From IMG/VR virus record IMGVR_UViG_3300028327_000691: DNA of 64,000 nucleotides; one strand, given 5' to 3'. A program made the position numbers and the translations under genes. Shown piece by piece: positions 61,148-64,000 of this stretch. Source of the stretch: an uncultured virus (IMG/VR IMGVR_UViG_3300028327_000691). Lineage: Duplodnaviria > Heunggongvirae > Uroviricota > Caudoviricetes. Under the pieces are notes generated by a model. That model saw only the letters and a program-made list of their open reading frames with translations. It was not told the DNA's origin and did not search any database. Position 1 is the first letter of the stretch, and every line of letters begins with the position of its first letter.

Positions 61148-63252
61148 ATACTAAAAATCTGCCGCTTAAAGAAATGTCTATTAGTGAGATTTTTAACGGA
61201 GATAAGGCGACCTATGAAATCCCGATTTATCAGAGAAATTATGCGTGGGAAAAAGACGAGATTTCCGCGTTGATTCAGGATGTTTATGACGCGTATGAAG
61301 CGGACAAGGCGAATACGTCAAACAAGCGGAAATATTTCATCGGCACATTGGTATCGTTCCAAAAAGGCGACAAAGTTTATGAGGTAATCGACGGACAGCA
61401 GCGGCTGACGACCATCAATCTTATTTTAAGCGTGTTGAAGATATCCATGAATAATAAATTGACTTACCGCGCGCGAAAAAAGTCTAATGATACCATAAAA
61501 AATATTTCGTCCTTAGAGACAGACGAAAAAAATAACGAAGAAACAGACGAAAAAGATAACGGAATTATAAAAGGCTACAATTTCGTAAAAGACAAAATAG
61601 ACGAAGTTGTTCCCGCTAAGACCGATAAAAAGGTTTTTGGAGACTACTTTTGCGAATATGTTCATCTGATACATTATCAAGTGCCAAAGGATATAGATTT
61701 GAATCATTATTTTGAAATAATGAACTCAAGGGGCGAACAACTAGAAAAGCATGAAATTATTAAAGCGTGGTTTATTGCAGAGTTAAGTGATGCTGACGAT
61801 AAAGCAATTTTTAGCCGTCTTTGGGAATCTTGCAGTGAAATGAATGTCTACATTCAGCAGAAATACGCGCAGCAGTATAACAATCAGCAAAAAAACGATG
61901 ATGTTAAAGAAATATTCGGCGAACAATTATGTGATTTTAAAGTCAAATCTTTTGGTGGTTTACTGAGAGCTCCTGATAATTTTGGTAAAAAAAGCATTAC
62001 CGACCTTATCAATAGCGCGGGGAGTAACGGCGCCGGAGAACAGAAAGATAAAATTGACACATTCCAGCCTATTATTGATTTTTCGAATTTCCTGTTGGTT
62101 GTGCTAAAACTTACTTTAATAACAGAAAAAAAAGATTTTATACCGACGAGTTTTATTTTAGACGACAAAGAACTCATAAAAGAGTTTTTCAAGGTGAAAG
62201 CTACGGAGCTTTGGAACGCGGATTTTATTAAGCGATTCAGTTTTAATTTGCTAAAAGCAAAATATCTATTGGATAATTATCTCGTTCATCATTCCAACGA
62301 AGACGATACTGTGGAGAATAATCCCTGGAAGCTGCAGCAATACTGGCAGCAGAAACAAGGCAAAAAGGGCTATCTGATAAATCTGGGCGGCGAAGACGAA
62401 AACGGCATACAGCATAAATTGGTGCATCTGCTTTCTATGTTCGAAGTGTCATTTACGGCACGACAAAGAAAAAATTACCTTTTCTACTGCCTGTTGTATC
62501 TGTTTAAGGCAGAAAGTTGGAATGTCTCCGAGTATTACAAATTTGTTTCGGATTTAGCCGATAAATATTTTTTTGACGTATATTTGAAGAAGGATAATCT
62601 CAATGAAATTAATACTCCTAAGCCGGGCAGTTTTGACGATACCTTACTTGTTAAAAATATACTCGACAGAGAATTGCACAATAAGAATTTTAATTTTACA
62701 GACATTTACGGAGACGGAGAAAAAAAAGCATCGGCGGGGATCCCGCTGTTTATCTTTAACTATCTTGACTATAAGTTATGGGAAAAATACTCCAACGAAC
62801 TGCGCGGCGAGAAAAGTAAAGAAGGAGACAAAACAAGAAGCGCCTTTTTTGAGGCTCTCAGATGCAGTGACTTCGGTCTAAGGGTTTTTGAACAATTTTA
62901 TTTTTCAAGAACACGCAGGAGTTTGGAACATTATTATCCGCAGGCTAACGTAAATACTAAAAATGATACCCCTACAAAAGAACAAATCAACTGTTTTGGT
63001 AATTACGCTATGATAGGCAGCGAAGCAAACAGTTCAGGTTCGAATTGGAGTCCGAAAGCTAAGCTGGACCACTACATGGATTCTTCCGGTAAGATAAAAC
63101 AAGTCAGCGTCGCGTCAATCAAGTTTATGATTATGATGCAGATGTGCAAGGACAATCTGGAAAGCCGAAAGAGAGATGCTGGGAAAGAGTGGATATTCGC
63201 CGACATAAAAGCGCACCAAAGCAAAATGCTTAATATTCTTGGCGTGAAATAA
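61144..63252 (+). CDS. DUF262 + DUF1524 GmrSD-like restriction protein
   Basis: IPIYQRNYAW, IDGQQRLTT, FEIMNSRG; SLEHYYPQ..FGN..N. Confidence 0.9.
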   Translation: MNTKNLPLKEMSISEIFNGDKATYEIPIYQRNYAWEKDEISALIQDVYDAYEADKANTSNKRKYFIGTLVSFQKGDKVYEVIDGQQRLTTINLILSVLKISMNNKLTYRARKKSNDTIKNISSLETDEKNNEETDEKDNGIIKGYNFVKDKIDEVVPAKTDKKVFGDYFCEYVHLIHYQVPKDIDLNHYFEIMNSRGEQLEKHEIIKAWFIAELSDADDKAIFSRLWESCSEMNVYIQQKYAQQYNNQQKNDDVKEIFGEQLCDFKVKSFGGLLRAPDNFGKKSITDLINSAGSNGAGEQKDKIDTFQPIIDFSNFLLVVLKLTLITEKKDFIPTSFILDDKELIKEFFKVKATELWNADFIKRFSFNLLKAKYLLDNYLVHHSNEDDTVENNPWKLQQYWQQKQGKKGYLINLGGEDENGIQHKLVHLLSMFEVSFTARQRKNYLFYCLLYLFKAESWNVSEYYKFVSDLADKYFFDVYLKKDNLNEINTPKPGSFDDTLLVKNILDRELHNKNFNFTDIYGDGEKKASAGIPLFIFNYLDYKLWEKYSNELRGEKSKEGDKTRSAFFEALRCSDFGLRVFEQFYFSRTRRSLEHYYPQANVNTKNDTPTKEQINCFGNYAMIGSEANSSGSNWSPKAKLDHYMDSSGKIKQVSVASIKFMIMMQMCKDNLESRKRDAGKEWIFADIKAHQSKMLNILGVK

Positions 63253-63276
63253 ATCAAAAAGCGCCTTTCATCTTTT

Positions 63277-63999
63277 TCAGTTCTTTTCTCTAAACCTCAA
63301 AGGCAAAACCCTCTCCAAAAAATTAACATAAATCTCCCAAGACTTCTCCCCATATCCTCCCGCCGTAATCCACGCGGTGGGGATATGCCTCTCCTGTAAA
63401 AAATTATAAACAAGCAAATCCCTTTCCAATAATGCCTCTTTTGTTAGTTGTAAAAGTTTTGTCGAAGCAAGCTCGTCTTTCTCGTATGGATCAACGCCGC
63501 CGACTACGATGGCTATGTCAGGTTTGGGGAGAAGTTTTTCCAGACGCGAAAGACCTTCCGCGAGGCGCGGAACATAGTCCGCTTCACGGCCTTCGGGAAT
63601 TCCTATATCAATGTCGCTAGGCGTAAATGAAAGGTTAAAGTCAGTTGAAACCGAAGGATCGTAGACGGCTTTTGGATCGTATTCAGGCGCGTCTAAGGGC
63701 CAGCCCCTCTCCATGTGTATGCTCAGGGTGCGGATGGAAGAGTCTCCCCAAGTAAGAACGGCAGTGCCGTCTCCTTTGTGGGCGTCGGTGTCTACAATCC
63801 ATGCGGCGTGTATGCGGTTCTCGGACTGAAGCCTGCGCAGGGCGATAACCATGTCGTTAATTATACAAAAGCCGTTGCCGGAATTTCTTTGAGCGTGGTG
63901 GTTGCCGCCGCCGAGAAAGAAGGCGAAACCTGCCTGCCCGGCGTTTTGGAGTTCCAAAGCGGTAAGACAGCAGGTATAGGTTCCACCGGCGGTGATGAG
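63277..63999 (-). CDS. Histone deacetylase family protein (5'-partial)
   Basis: GGNHHA, GFC, DTDAHKGDGT, SIH, GVD, GGY; frame open to the right edge. Confidence 0.93.
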   Translation of the reverse strand, partial: LITAGGTYTCCLTALELQNAGQAGFAFFLGGGNHHAQRNSGNGFCIINDMVIALRRLQSENRIHAAWIVDTDAHKGDGTAVLTWGDSSIRTLSIHMERGWPLDAPEYDPKAVYDPSVSTDFNLSFTPSDIDIGIPEGREADYVPRLAEGLSRLEKLLPKPDIAIVVGGVDPYEKDELASTKLLQLTKEALLERDLLVYNFLQERHIPTAWITAGGYGEKSWEIYVNFLERVLPLRFREKN

Positions 64000-64000
64000 A

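Noticed and set aside
511..63620. Numerous short antisense or overlapping ORFs in the track
   Set aside because: They are shadows of well-supported genes, with no motifs

Overview
The window is almost entirely accessory DNA. The host is probably a spirochaete (Treponema-like), inferred from the SSB sequences, the CsgG-type lipoprotein and the host-like DnaE/RecJ. Two integrative elements appear to sit in tandem at a tRNA-Asn(GTT) 3' end. A perfect 46-bp direct repeat (31503-31548 and 57138-57183) delimits a complete ~25.6-kb element 2. Element 1 runs from beyond the left edge to ~31.5 kb. Neither shows recognisable capsid, terminase, relaxase or T4SS genes. Both carry tyrosine recombinases, DNA recombination/repair or anti-defence-type genes (SSB, RadC, LigA, DUF932, Sak4 plus nuclease; Gam-like, MoxR+VWA, truncated DnaE, RecT, RecJ) and AT-rich nuclease-type cargo. 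Unexplained structure: (i) six GTGYCA-N5-TGRCAC palindromes in element 2, each exactly 10 nt before a -10-like hexamer, alongside two WYL-less HTH proteins; (ii) eight related hairpins directly before RBSs in element 1; (iii) seven proteins ending in Ala-Ala; (iv) a highly structured 450-bp non-coding region; (v) a 6x21-bp tandem array. Right of the att lie a RelE-type TA pair, a second pcfJ-like copy, a DUF262/GmrSD-like pair and a partial histone-deacetylase-family gene. All family calls come from motif recognition by eye, with no database searches.
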